This document shows, in pieces, positions 29,330 to 43,793 of a DNA stretch of 64,000 nt. The notes beneath the pieces are model-generated. The model was not told the origin of the DNA. It saw nothing but the letters and a program-made list of their open reading frames with translations, and searched no databases. The stretch is from Octopus vulgaris (Eukaryota): positions 97,278,001-97,342,000 of the forward strand of contig OX597824.1 of NCBI GenBank assembly GCA_951406725.2. The letters run 5' to 3'. Position 1 is the stretch's first letter; every line of letters starts with the position of its first letter. The position numbers and the translations under genes were made by a program.

Positions 29330-29540
29330 TTAACAAATAAAACATATGCATACATACATACATATATGTACATTCCTACATCTATATGTATATATACATG
29401 CATATATATATATATGAGTACAGGACAACACACAACGAGAAAAGAAAACATAAAAACAAAGAAACGGACTTTTTTTTAACAACGGAAAAACAGAGTACAA
29501 GACAAACAATACAAGGAATATTCCCCTTCATCAGCTGCCT
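29330..29540 (-). mobile_element. PLE LTR-like fragment (family of 22705 and 61977)
   Basis: Shared aacaaataaaacatatgca...gagtacaggaca...ttccccttcatcagctgcc. Confidence 0.65.
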
Positions 29541-29770
29541 ATATATTCTTATACACATACATAGACACACATAGTTTACTTTCAGCCAGCGGTGGTGATC
29601 ATGCTGAGGCCCTGACAGTCATAAATATGCATATTGATATTAAAGTGCACCTGTGTATTGTATAGAATTAGCTCATTACAATATCATAGATATACACAAA
29701 TAGGTACAGACACACACAACGCACACAAGAGACACACACAAGAGACACACACAACACACACACACACACG

Positions 29771-29803
<33 letters not shown>

Positions 29804-30394
29804 GCGAGTGAGCGCATATACGTGTTTATCTGTGTATTATGATGAAATGTGAAAATTTTGTTTACAATTAAAACATTTTCGTGACAGTTGTGAGCAAATA
29901 ATGCTTATTTCTGTGTTTACAAACTAATGGATACAGACGATCAGTCTGAAATCTTATTTTCGTTGATTTACCCGCCAGAAGAGGAATAGCAAATAATTCT
30001 ATGGAATGTATTGAGTAGTTTGAACTGGTTTGTTCCTTAACATAAATCATGCTAATTTGCTGGTTTATTCGAATGAAGTAATGAAGCCCTGAATAGCGTT
30101 CTTTCCGTAGTCAAACCATTGTATGACAAAACTTACATAGCAACAAAGTGTTACGATTGACTATAGTGTGACAAATATGAACAAATAACTCTTTAATTTT
30201 TCCCCGTAGACAGAAAAGAAAAACACAATTGATGTTCCCTAACCGGTTTTAACTCTTGCTTTCTCTCATCAGTGATCGTATAGCACTCGTCACAAGACGG
30301 TGATGATTACAAAATTTTGATAAAATAAATGTTTACATTGTACCATTGTTTGGCGAAGTATTTATAAAGCTATAAAAATACTTTCTATTATATA

Positions 30395-30812
30395 TTTCTT
30401 TACTAACCACAAGGGACTAAACACAGAGGGGACAAACAAGGACAAACAAAGGGATTAAGTCGATTACATCGACTCCAGTGCGTAACTGGTACTTAATTTA
30501 TCGACCCCGAAAGGATGAAAGGCAAAGTCGACCTCGGCGGAATTTGAACCTAGAACGTAACGGCAGACGAAACACGGCTCCGCATTTCGCCCGGCGTGCT
30601 AACGTTTCTGCCAGTTCAAGCCGTGAAATTTTTTTGGTGGAGGTCTAGAGGATTGCATTGACCCCAGCGTGTAACTGGTAATTATTTTATCGACCCGCAA
30701 AAGATGAAAAGCGAAGTCAATATCGGCGGAATTTGAATTCAGAACCTAATGATGGAGGAAATGTTTTAAGCATTTTCCCCAGATAAAGATTCTGCCAGCT
30801 CACCGTCATTTA
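30395..30812 (-). mobile_element. Two adjacent family-A SINE copies
   Basis: A near-consensus copy at 30395-30617 followed by an older copy at 30620-30812. Confidence 0.88.
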
Positions 30813-32325
30813 AAGCTATAAATGATAACATAAATATTAGATTGAAAAACCTTTTTGAATAATCCTCAAATAATCCCGAAATATACCGCAAATGAAACCT
30901 TACTGTTTTAGAGAAAGAAGAAACTTGAGCCATATAGAGGAGACGGAATTGCGACAGGTGAATCCAGTTCGATCATGGGACGCCTGGTAAAAAGATGCCC
31001 TGCTGTTAAAACTCTCCAATAACCAAATACAGAAATCAATGTTGGAGCATTTACTTAAACCTGCTCGAAAGTCTTCAAATTATCCGCGTCTGTCTTAGAA
31101 ATAAACACTTTAGATGATGATGTGCTGGTTTCCTTGTGCACAAGCAAAAAGGAAGTTAGTCGCAGCTGGAATGTTTCTGATCGTGTTTGCTCGATTAGCG
31201 CTGACCTTGGGCTACTCAGTAACATGAACAACAAAAGCAGAGGAAAATCTATGCGATTGTTGTAGCTACTAGAAATGGCAGCAAAATATGATCCAAGGAA
31301 GCGACAGCGTATATTAAAACGTTTGGATGATCACGGCTGAAGTGTCTTTCATTGAAGGGCTATCCTAGGGTTAAAAAGCAACAGGAAACCAACAACAACA
31401 ACAACAAAACAGCAACAAAAAACGAGACGAAGAAAGGAAAAGCAAAATAAATTGACTATTTTGACATCATTTCCAACACAACTCACAGATGGTTTTGATT
31501 CTAAATGCAACGAAATCGGTGAAGCGCAGCTAAATAATGGCGAATATTTATTATGATGTGGCAAACGAAATTTTCGATAGTAACGCAGTTTTGTTTTTAG
31601 TCTTGGGTCCTATCTTCAAACAACAAACCGTGTCAAAGTAATACTGTCTTCTGTCGCCTTTCATATTGACCTTCCTTGCCCTTTTCCCCTTTCCTCTCTC
31701 CCTCTTATTCTCTCTCTCTCTCTCTTTAATTCTTCATCGCTCTCTTTCTCTATCACCCTTTCTCAATTCCTCGTTCTTTCTTACTATTCTCTCGACTATC
31801 GCTTCTTTCCACCCGTTATTCTTACTATATTTTGTCTCTCCTTTTCTCATTGCCTCAATTTGCCTCAATCTCTATCTCTCCCACGAGAACCCATTCTCTC
31901 TTTATAGCTCCTTTTTTCCCCAAATTTTCTCCCTCTTTCCCTTTACTCATTCCTTCTCTGTCCTCTCGAATTTGTATTCAGAATGTATTCGCGTTGATTC
32001 TTCTCTCTGTGTGTGATATCCATACGTGCGTGCGTGTGTGTGCATGTGTGTGTGTGTGCTTTTTGTCTGGTGTATTTGAGTAAGTGCCAATTTTCTTTTC
32101 CTTTTTAGGACTGTAATGCGTGTGTGTATGTGTGTGTGTGTGTGTGTTTGCATATATGGTTGTGGTACTCTATTCGATTTCGTTATGCGTATCACTATGC
32201 TATTGTTTGTATGTAAAACTGGCTATACATCTGAGTATATTCATGCGTATACACACTTATATTTCTATATAAACTTATAAGCTTCTATTTTCCTGTCCCT
32301 TTTCCTCCCCTACTCTCTCTCTCTC

Positions 32326-32397
<72 letters not shown>

Positions 32398-32501
32398 CGT
32401 GTGGTATGCACGTAAAATATATCTTCATTTATACTTAGTAGATAAGTACAACCTGCAATACACATATACATACATAGAGAGAGATGGATAAATACACACA
32501 C

Positions 32502-32561
<60 letters not shown>

Positions 32562-32907
32562 ATGTATGTGTGTATGTACGTATGTATGCATAAATGCATT
32601 ATATACATACGTCATAGTGATGTATTTGCGGTGTGTATGTGAGCGGTTTGGACTTACATAATAAATCGTTCAAGAACATTCAAAGCTATATTTATGCAAG
32701 TGAATATGAATATATTGAATGGATTTACATAAGTCATAACTGTCAGGTGTATCAGCAATTCTTGTGTAACAGATACTCGTAGACAAACTTAAATTAATGT
32801 CATTATAGCCACCAATGAACGTGCATACAGTCGTCTAGTTAACTAGCTCGCTTGCTATTTAACACTGCCCACATGCGGGCGTCTACATACGTACATACAT
32901 ACATACA

Positions 32908-32938
<31 letters not shown>

Positions 32939-33354
32939 CTACGTATGTGGGAAATTCTGTCTGTGGGTGTGTCTGTGGAGTTCTTAGTTAACTCCTCCTA
33001 CATCGTTTTATCGATTTTGATGAAACTTGATACGTGATTAGAACTCATGTCTGAAAACCTCATGGCATACTAAGAATGTTGAAAAAAAATCGATAATAGG
33101 GTCCCTGGAAGGGATCCTTATATATCTAATATATTTTCTTTTAAAAATCAAAGGAAATAGCCCATTCATTTTCTTAAATTATTTGGTAAAAATGAAATTG
33201 AGTATCCTTATTTCTTAATATTTGACCTGCTAGAGTTATTTTTGCAATTTATCCAGTACAACCCTTAAACAAGTCAATAGTATTTTCCTAGATAATAGAT
33301 CCACTTATTTCGGTGTATATATATATATATGTATGTATGTATATATATATATAA

Positions 33355-33490
33355 ACACGATAGGCTTTCAGTTTCCGTCTACCAAATCCACTCATAGGGC
33401 TTTGGACGGCCCGAGGCTATAGAAGACACTTGGCCGTGGTGCCACTGGAATTATGTGGTTGGAAAGCAAGCTTCTTACCACACAGCCACC
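33355..33490 (-). mobile_element. Family-B SINE 5' part, internally deleted
   Basis: cagtttccgtctaccaaatccactca...cccgaggctatagaagacactt...cttaccacacagccac. Confidence 0.8.
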
Positions 33491-33540
33491 AGTATCCATA
33501 TAAATTCATATATACACATATATGTGCAACATGAATATAC

Positions 33541-33581
<41 letters not shown>

Positions 33582-33589
33582 TATTCACA

Positions 33590-33681
<92 letters not shown>

Positions 33682-33951
33682 CATACGTTCATACATATAC
33701 ATATGTCTGAGTAAATTTTTCTTGTTCTTCCACTCTTACTTTCTGATCTCCTCCTCTTTGTCTATCTCCCTCTCTCAACATATACATATATTCAGGCACA
33801 CACACACTGACACACACGCACAAACACACAGATATGTGTATGTACTCTCTCTCTCACACACACATATATATACATATACCGAAGCGCATCAAGTGTAACC
33901 TTTTGAACTGTCGCCATGTTACAAGGTTGATTTGCTATCTGCAACAGAACA

Positions 33952-34025
33952 GCCTCCGCCGCCGCCGCCGCCACCCGCTGCCGCCACCCGCCGCCGCCGC
34001 CGTCACCCGCCGCCGCCGCCACCTG
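33952..34025. repeat. (GCC)n GC-rich imperfect trinucleotide repeat
   Basis: Direct inspection; the only strongly GC-rich tract in the window. Confidence 0.9.
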
Positions 34026-34453
34026 CTGCATTCCAGTGTTTCATTAGCTTCTCCTGATTGTCGGCGACTTCAGTAAAATATGTCGGCAAAGAGTAAAATA
34101 TATTCTCTCCGCACCTGCATGTAATTCCAATATTCACATCTGTTTCCTAGAACTCTATATTAAGTTATTTATGTCTGGTGAATAGAATACAGTTTAGCGA
34201 TAACAATGAATCACTGCAATTCTTGATTTAAGCAAAACTTAGGCGAGCGACAAGTTTCCGTCTCTGTTGCGTTGTTCTGGCTTCTGCTACCGCTTGTGAG
34301 GGTTTGGGTAAACGGGTTGATTCTGGGGTAGCGAGGTTAATTAATAATGCAATGAAGGAGATTTCGGTTAAAGGATATTGTGTGGAACCTCTTCGAAGGC
34401 ACATGCACACACACACATAAACACAGACACACGCACACATGTATATACATATG

Positions 34454-34476
<23 letters not shown>

Positions 34477-34484
<8 letters not shown>

Positions 34485-34757
34485 ATCACGTGATCGACCA
34501 GACAACAGATGTTGCTACACATCGCTGATCACAATGCGTTCGCATTGTTTTAGCCTTCGAATGACTCCACCCCGCTGGCTAAGCGAGCAGGCCAGCAGAA
34601 GAAAGAGTGAGAGAAAGAGTGGTGAAAGAGCCGGAGCTTCGTGGAGGTTTTTTAGGTGTTTTCGCTCAATAAACACTCACAACACCCGGTCTGGGAATCG
34701 AAACCGCGATCCTACGACCGCAAGTCCGCTGCCCTAACCACTAGGCCATTGCACCTC

Positions 34758-34758
<1 letters not shown>
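34477..34758 (-). mobile_element. Family-D tRNA-derived SINE
   Basis: Minus-strand head GGAGGTGCAATGGCCTAGTGGTTAGGGCAGCGGAC...GGTTTCGATTCCCAGACC with A-box and B-box. Confidence 0.88.
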
Positions 34759-34790
<32 letters not shown>

Positions 34791-34802
34791 ACACACACAC
34801 AC

Positions 34803-34847
<45 letters not shown>

Positions 34848-36321
34848 CAGACAGTGATAGAGATACACTGAGAGGAGAGAGTCAACCGATAAGATTCAGA
34901 CATACTCAATATAGAACACACCTTGTAGCGCTCAAAGGATTAGAACTTAGACGACTCCGAAATATATATCGAGGTCTAATTCAGTGGGAGAATAAAGAGT
35001 AGCTCTAAGGGGAATCCATATATGGAAATAATGATACAAATAAACAAATAAAATGGTTTGGTTTAGATATTCAAAATATTCATACATAAAAAACATAAAT
35101 AGAGGGAAAGCTAACACTGAAAAGTTTCATGGAATGAATATTCAAATATAAATATATAGATATTTATTTATTAACAAAAAACTTACACGAAGTACAAAGA
35201 CATAAACAATTAAAGGGGAGAAGAAATGGTGTTACAAGTCATACAGCTGTTTCTGAGGGCTCAGGGTTACTTTATAGTGTTGGCAAATGTAGTTCACAAA
35301 AATACGAAACCAGTTAGGAAAGCACATAAACGTTGGGTAGGCCTGGCTACCGTCTTCAGGTTGGAGAGATAGATATCTAAATGCTAGCTATCTATCTCTC
35401 CACCTTTAATACGCAGGCCCTGCTGTCCAAAGGTTTATATGCTTCTAAATCTTCGATACAAACACACACACCGCGTGTGCGTATGTATTTGTTTTTGTCC
35501 CCACCATCACTTGAGAACCGGTATTGGAGTGTTTACAACCCCGTATCTTAGTAGATTGGCAAAAGACCCGTTAGGATAAGTACCAGGCATAAAAAACAGC
35601 AAAATATTAAGGCCTGGGGACAACACTCGTTCTACTAAAAATTTTCAATGTTGTGCTCCAGTATGGCCGCACTTAAATGATTTAAACATGTAAAAGATAA
35701 CAGTTAAAGCTCCAATAGTATGGAGTACACAATACGGGGTGATCAGAATTCCACGCATAATCTACATAAAGAAAACTATTAAACTGAAGGCCACCAACGG
35801 ACGTACGCGCATGCGCGATAATGGAGTTTATCTTTAATCTGCCTTGTTTGTTTTTGCTTCATGGTTGAAGAAGGAATTCCATGGACCGTGAGAGATGGCA
35901 ACGGCGGTTGGGGAGAGAGAAAGAGGAAGAGAGAGAGTAGGAGAGGGAGAGAGAAGGAAAGAGAGGGAGGAGAGAAAGTTGGGGAGAGTGAGGAAAGAGA
36001 CGGGAAAGAGAAGGGAGAGAGAGAGAGTTTCTCGTTGTATAGTTTAGCTTTGATATCAATCAAAAGAGCTTTGATCAAACCATTATTGATCAGGTTTAAT
36101 TGAAGAGTCAAGGAATCTTCTGCGTTGCGGAATAAATGCGTTCCGGAATGACTTACCGTAACGCGAAATCCTGTTAACATGAAATCTCTTAACACGGCAT
36201 CTGCCTGCAAATCTTTAAGACATGGTGTCTATAAATTATATTATCGAATGCATCTTTTCTAAGTAGAAAAGTGGGATGTCATTTGAAGGTTTTCCTGTCA
36301 CATATTCTTTCATGCTCTGGA

Positions 36322-36483
36322 CAGAAGGCCCGAAATTTTGGGGGACGGGGACCAGTCGATTAGAGCGACCCCAGTGCGTAACTGGTACTTAATTTATTGA
36401 CGCCAAAAGAATGAAAGGCAAAGTCGACTTCAGCGGAATTTGAACTCAGAACGTAAAAGACGTTTCTGCCGGCTCGTCGCCTT
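36322..36483 (-). mobile_element. Family-A SINE, internally deleted
   Basis: gaccccagtgcgtaactggtacttaatttat...gaatttgaactcagaacg. Confidence 0.8.
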
Positions 36484-37421
36484 TTTCCTGCCTAATATTG
36501 GACATCGGGTGACAAGATAAGTATTGTGTTAGTGGCTTCCGATTAGGACTATGATGATGATAACGATGATAAGGAGGAGGAGGAGGAGGTGAGGACGACG
36601 ACGACGAAAACAAGGAGAGTAGTGACAAAAATGATGACGATGATAGTGGTGGTGGTGAAATGGTAGTGAAGGCGGGCGTGGTGGTGGTGATGATGACGGG
36701 GAAAAGAGGAGGGAGATAAAGACGATGACAATATATGTATATATATATATGTGTGTATGTGTGTGTGTATGTATGTATGAATGAATGGATGCGTATGATG
36801 ACAACGATGGAGACGCCGAAGACAGCGATGACGATGATTAAAATTATATACAAGTCGGAAATCTGTTATTTGATGTCGGTAGTACGCCGAAATGCATATA
36901 TACAGATACGTAAATACACACATATACATACATCTATGATAAAACACACACATAGACGCAAGTTAACATTTCCGCACACTCACAAAGACAGACTCACACA
37001 CACACACACACACACACATACACATAAACAGTTGCATGTATGTGATACTAGTGGTCGATAGAGAAGTAATAGCAGATCGATATGAAAAACCCTACAGACA
37101 ATCGATAAGAAATTTTTATGATCCCATTCTGACGTCCAGTCACGCGCAGATATTAGCGATGAAATCCAGCCGAGGAAAAGCTTCCAGTCCGGCTCTTCTG
37201 CCGATATATTCTGATGTAACTATTACACACGATGGACATTTTTATCCCTTCGCTCCAATAAAGTGTAAAAGTTTATCAATAAGACGGCAGGGGGGGGGAG
37301 GGGAAACGTGAAGGATGTGCTTCTTCATTTGCGTCTGAGGCTGCTGCGTGGATGTATGAACACATCTACACAGAGACATGTATACGGATGCATTCCGGTT
37401 CACCATGCGGTATTTTCCAAG

Positions 37422-37482
<61 letters not shown>

Positions 37483-37604
37483 GTACGTGTATACACACAC
37501 AAACAAATACATACATATCTATCTATCTATATTTATATATATATATACATAAATATATATATATATATATGTACGTGTATACACACACACAAACAAATAC
37601 ATTC

Positions 37605-37635
<31 letters not shown>

Positions 37636-37695
37636 CATAAATATATATATATATGTACGTGTATACACACACAAACAAATACATACATACATACA

Positions 37696-37773
<78 letters not shown>

Positions 37774-37952
37774 ATATACGTGTATGCACACACACACAAA
37801 CACATACATACATATGGTCAGACCGAGTGAGATGTGATGTTTATGGTATGAAATGAATGGTAGCGTATCAGTCATATTATTATCGGATCACAGCATCCTC
37901 TTGAAAACGACAAGAAAACACCTTTATTACTAATTTTCAATATGTTTGTATA

Positions 37953-37998
<46 letters not shown>
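37953..37998. repeat. (AAT)n microsatellite
   Basis: Direct inspection. Confidence 0.9.
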
Positions 37999-38476
37999 GC
38001 AGGTAGGATGCGCAGGAGGATTCTTGGCATCTAAGGCTACGTGTTGTACTCCGGTGGTAGAATTCTTTTCGTTTCCATCAGTCTAATCTGTTGAGGGTAT
38101 GTGAATAATATTAATGATAATCACAGTAATGTCATATACTTCTGTCTACACCATATTGTGATGGAGAAAATAACATACAATTTACGCATGTATATGTGTG
38201 CGTATGCGCGTATGTGCCTGCCTGTGCGCGCGTGTTTGTTCATCCAAACGTGAGTGCGTGCGTGCGTGTGTGTGTGTGTATGTATGTGTGTGTGTGTGTT
38301 TGTGTAAAGTTATTGCCACGAAACGTGCGTAGTCTTTTTACTTATTATATAATGTTTATTCATTTTTTGCACTTTTTGTGATCTAGATATATGTTTTATA
38401 ATAGATTTCATTTTTTTCTATATGATATGGTTTATGTCCATCATTGTTTGAATCGCATAATAGTGTTTTTTCTCTA

Positions 38477-38531
<55 letters not shown>

Positions 38532-38648
38532 TAGAAGATGATGTACAGGTATTTTATATTAGAAGAAATGAGGTACTCAGAAATTCGATGGTTTTATATT
38601 TACAGGTATTTATTTGTATATTACATGTTTTTATACATCATATATCAT

Positions 38649-38690
38649 ATATTAGCGCTTTCGTCCATTCTAGTGGAGTTGTCAATATAT
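38649..38690 (-). ncRNA. Decayed hammerhead motif in a PLE LTR-like fragment
   Basis: Minus strand reads atat-aTTGACAA-cTCCA(ctagaa)TGGAc-GAAAGCGCTA^ATAT. Stem II and palindromic stem III are intact, but the CUGANGA box is mutated. Confidence 0.45.
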
Positions 38691-38702
38691 ATATATATGT
38701 GC

Positions 38703-38733
<31 letters not shown>

Positions 38734-39156
38734 CTGTACATGAGTGTATGTGCGTACGTGTGTATGCATATGTGTACATGTGTGTGTGTGTGTGTGTGTG
38801 TGAATATAAGTATCCGTTTGTATGCGTGCTTAACCGTGAAGCACAAATGTGTATGGCTTCGTAGATTGTACCTTTTCTGTTATTTTCTACTGAGATACGG
38901 GGAGACATAAATACCCCCTCGTCTCTCGCCCCCTTCATCTGGTGAGGCATCACGTATGTAACAGCTGGGGTGGGGAGAGAGAGAATTGTCCCAGGTGGTT
39001 GTTGTTTACCTCTGGATATACTGGTGCCATGCGTCATACTCTTGGAGACACCGTGTCACCCAGTCGAGGAACTTAACACAATTAAACATTCGTGAGTCTA
39101 ACGCTTTCATCTCACGCCCACTCGTACACACACACACACAACCATACACACACACA

Positions 39157-39191
<35 letters not shown>

Positions 39192-41674
39192 TCACTCACA
39201 CACACACACAGTAGTGAATGTATTACTGTTATCAACTTACAAGTTCCACAAATTTGTCTCATTCCGAGGAAGGAATTACAAACGCTGCCAATATCCTGAT
39301 AGTTGTTTTAGTAAAACATTGTGATATCTGCTGAAATTAAATTAGTTATTCTTATTACGACTACAAAAAAGTTCTGTCGATAAACGCAATGTAATTATCA
39401 GCCCTGGTCACATGATTAACCTCAAAGTCTACGTTGCTTTTATCATGTTACAAACTGTTTCTGGTTTGCTTTTGTTGTTCTTTGGTCAATAATTTAATGC
39501 ATGCCGTTTTTGGAGTGTGACGAATAAATAATATCTCACTAAAACATTATCGAATACAAATCTGAAATAGGGTTGAGCTCCGGAGACTGACGCGAACAAA
39601 CCAAAACCGGCATTCCATAATTTTAGGCAAAGGAAAAACGCTGAAGTTGAGCATTTTTTTATCGTTTAACCCTTGGGCGGCCATAGTGGGACAAGTCGAT
39701 AAGGAAAGACGCAACAGCAGCTATTTTCCTTCAGGCGTTACAACAGCTATTTTCTCTCAGTAGTCTGAGTCACATTGTGCAAAGTATCTTTCAATATTTC
39801 ATGGTAGTAGGTGTGATGTGAGAGAGAGAAATTTTGATGCTATTTAGAAAGTAGAAAAAACGCAAGCGTATAAGTTTTCTTCGTTGCCATCTCCACCCTT
39901 CCATTGTCATGTCCATATATATATATATATATAAGTCTGCTTTGGAGTTTATTGTTGATTAAAGGTGTCGAAATATTTGTATAATATTCATGCTGCAGTC
40001 ACAGCTGTTTGGTGGAGATTTAGAGCCGAGACCGCGGTTTGAGGAGACGATAGATGTTGCATCATTAAAATGTCATCGTGTATTTGTGCCTGCAGAACAT
40101 ATATGTCTATAGAATAATCACGCACACAAAAACACTCAAACACACACACACACACACACACACACATATGCACGTTTGTATCAAAGTATGGAAGACAAAT
40201 TCTTTACACCGGTTTTGGGATATATATAATTGTATTCAGTCTAAGGGAAGCAGATGTGCTGACACTTCCATTTCTGTTTCTGTATGACTAAAGAATTATA
40301 TTAATATGCAAGTATGTATGTAAGACGTTTCTTTGAGTCTTAAGTTCTTGAGAGAGTTCAAACCGGTCGCTAAGAAAGCGACAAAACTTTTTCAGTTAAA
40401 AGAGTTTCTAGTATTTATTAATGTGGTTGACTTGGTGCTTTGGTGAAATATCGATGCTTACAAAAGGGTGTGTGCATCTATTCACATAAGAACCTCACAT
40501 GGAATACTTCTACAATGTCTTACCAGCCTTTGCTACGCTAATAATAGATTTAGCTTGGAGAATCCACGTCTGTCTCTTTTCCTCTTCCTCTGCGAAACCA
40601 TGTCTAGGTTTGTGTAAATTCGTTGGTACATAAACTAATGCACCTATGATGGTAGGTACAAATGAGGATTCATAGCCTGTGTACAAGAGCATTAATTAAC
40701 GATAATTGTATGAATATATGAATGTATATATACATACTTATATATATATATGTATGTATGTATATACATACATATATGCAGAGAGAGAGGTAGAGAGTTT
40801 TTGAAGTGATGTACAGCTAGTGTATATTTAGAATAATAAGGGAGTCAGAATGTTGGATAATTAAATATATATATTTATATTTACATTTTGTTTACATGGT
40901 TATCGCTTTCTTCCGTTATCAGAGTTCTCAAAAAGTGGTTTAAAGTTAGATTTCTTGGTCCTTTTACATATATATATAATTTTGTGGGGTTTGCCAAGCA
41001 AGGGAGAAGAAAGAGAAAGTTTTTCTTTTTGAGAAGGAAGAGAAGGTAAAGAGGCGTGGCTTTTGTATTGGTATGGTCAGACTTGTTTGTACTAAACAAA
41101 GAATTTTTCTTTCTGAATTGGTCATGGTTTTAATTGAAAAACCACACCCAAAGACATCTATATATGCAAATGTTCATATTTGTGTGCACATACATAAGTA
41201 CACATTATGATGTTTAAAAAAAATAATTAATATAATTAAAGATTCATCTCCGTGGTTAAATAAATTTAGCAATTTTTGGTCATTTTAGCTTCTACACTTG
41301 ATTTTCTCCGCGTATTTGTCCTTCAGACTTCAAAACGGAATTTAAGAAAAAAAAAGCAATACACAATGCTGTCACAATTATATTTCCAAATTCATCTATT
41401 TCTGGCTGGTTGTTGTGGTTTGACTATATTTTAAAGCTCCAACCTAGAATTTTCTAAAGGAGAAAGAGAGCCAAGTGCAGAAGAGGGGAAGGGGCTGCTC
41501 TTATAGAATCTGCAGTGTTTTGTAAGGTCTAACAACAATGTGGTATAACATATTTTTGCAATGCTTTGAGATCATCTTTAACATATATACAATCAAATTC
41601 ATATAGAATTGTCAAAGTTCGAATTTCAAAAAAATATATACTTATATAACAAGATAAAATGTGTACTATGTGAA

Positions 41675-41990
41675 TGTGCGTGGTTTAGTAGTAAGGGGTA
41701 CTTGGCTAATGATTATAAGTTCGTGAGTTCAATCCCGGTGGTGTGTAGTGTATGTGAGCGTGACATTTTATTTCGCATTCCTCCAGTCCACTCCGCCGGT
41801 AAAAAAATTAATTGTATCTGTATTTCAAAGGGCCGGGCTTGTCAGAGTCCGTGACACGCTGAATTTTCCTGAGAACTACGTTCAGGGTACGTGTGTCTGG
41901 AGTACTCTGCCATTTGTACGTACATTTCACGAGCAAATGAAATTTACGTACAATTAACTGGATCACTCGTCGTCGTAAGCGACGGAGGTT
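41675..41990 (+). mobile_element. Family-C tRNA-derived SINE, diverged
   Basis: gcgtggtttagtagtaaggg...gagttcaatcccgg head; body shared with 5570-5715. Confidence 0.65.
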
Positions 41991-42654
41991 CTGTTTATAA
42001 AAAAGTGTTCAACTATGTCTCTGTTAATATATAATTCTACAATACAACGTTTAATAGAATCGGTAGAGCAACGGTCTGTAAACTTATATATGGTTACGTC
42101 TATCTATATTCGGTGGTCGACATTACGGTTCCTTCTCCTGGGCCATATATACTAGTCACGTGTTGGTCAACGTCCAATCAACTGCCCTCGCTCACTAAAT
42201 ATATGGTCACGTGTTAAAGTTATAGATAACCATAATTCGTTGTTATTTACTTTTATAAGACAGAAAAGGTTAATGTCTTCGCAGCGTTCACCTTTTGGCC
42301 ACTGCGTTGATATATTCTCATGAGTTATAAAGTGTCTTCATCGAAGTTCATATTTAATCTTCTCTCAGATCTGTTATAACTAACACAGAATGAAATCAAT
42401 CTAATTCAGAAGAGAAGATAACCTTTGGTGCAATTTTGAGCTCCTTTTTGACGGAGATTTCAAGTAATTGCTTTCTGTCACTTGCATATGTTCTTGGCGA
42501 TAAATGTTGTCTTCCCTCGAGAGCTCTTACTTAAAATCACAGAAACCATTTAATAATGAGTCTGGATGATAACAAGACATTTGCTGTCTGCTTACCTCAT
42601 CTTTACTGTACACACACACTCACACACACACACAATATATATATATATATTTAT

Positions 42655-42700
42655 CTACATAATATTGAGGTCTCTTTCTTTTGTTATCTTAGCGTTTTTA

Positions 42701-42705
<5 letters not shown>
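42655..42705 (+). mobile_element. Short terminal fragment of the PLE family at 50810-51960
   Basis: acataatattgaggtctctttcttttgttatctta matches the reverse complement of 50818-50857; between (TA)n tracts. Confidence 0.6.
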
Positions 42706-42740
<35 letters not shown>

Positions 42741-43037
42741 CTATTTATAGTGTATGAATGTAGGTATGTTTGTGTACATATCATGCACACACTCATATAT
42801 ATATATATATATGTAGGCGTGCGTGTATATATATATATATATGTCTGTGTGTGTATATATATATATATATACATTTCATAACATTCGCATTCCTCCAGGA
42901 TGACCATTTCCAACGAGTTCCAGACAGACCACCTACCACGGATATAATTCTTGCAAACAATAACCATTTACTTGAAGGGTCCATCGTGGGAAAAGAATGA
43001 CTGCAATATGAAACATCATTATATGTCTTTTCCAGGT

Positions 43038-43475
43038 GGCGCAGGAGTGGCTGTGTGGTAAGTAGCTTGCTTACCAACCACATGGTTCCGGGTTCAGTCC
43101 CACTGCGTGGCATCTTGGGCAAGTGTCTTCTGCTATAGCCTCGGGCCGACCAATGCCTTGTGAGTGGATTTGGTAGACGGAAACTGAAAGAAACCTGTCG
43201 TATATATGTATATATATATATATATGTATATGTATGTATGTGTGTGTATATGTTTGTGTATCTGTGTTTGTCCCCCCACCATCGCTAGACAACCGATGCT
43301 GGTGTGTTTATGCCCCCGTCATTTAGCGGTTCGGCAAAAAGAGACCGATAGAATAAGTACTGGGCTTACAAAGAATAAGTCCCGGGGTCGATTTGCTCGA
43401 CTAAAGGTGGTGCTCCAGCATGGCCGCAGTCAAATGACTGAAACAAGTAAAAGAGTAAAGAGAGAGTGAAAGAGT
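43038..43475 (+). mobile_element. Full-length family-B SINE with internal microsatellite
   Basis: GGCGCAGGAGTGGCTGTGTGGTAAG...GGTTCAGTCCC...CTTGGGCAAGTGTCTT...GCCGCAGTCAAATGACTGAAACAAGTAAAAGAG tail. Confidence 0.92.
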
Positions 43476-43793
43476 ATTACGTTAGCCATGTTCTGGGCCA
43501 ATTCTGATCGAAGTATATCAAAGTATCTAAGTATATAAATTTAATGTGCAATATAGGGATTTAGATTATCCAATGACTAAATGGTACTCACAAAAAAGTT
43601 TCTTTAGTTGACCGGGCTACAAACCACAGAGTAAACCAATACGAAGGGTGTAATGTATAATGCTATGCAGTTGAAATCCAAGCTGTCTATATATTGTAAC
43701 TGTTTATATATATATATATATATATATATGCATATATACGTTTATATATTCGTTTTGCAGCATTCTTGAAGCGACATCGCGTGTTGAAACAGA

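Noticed and set aside
34690-34758. tRNA gene
   Set aside because: A-box and B-box are present but they are the head of a SINE with a repeated body; no complete cloverleaf confirmed. The same applies to the other SINE heads.
35236-35362. Minus-strand CTGAAGA ... GAAACAGCTGTA hammerhead boxes
   Set aside because: Stem III is palindromic, but stems I and II cannot be paired; at most a decayed PLE LTR.
39495-39515. CMPF-coding motif as part of the missing GPCR TM2 exon
   Set aside because: Wrong strand and no surrounding open frame or homology.
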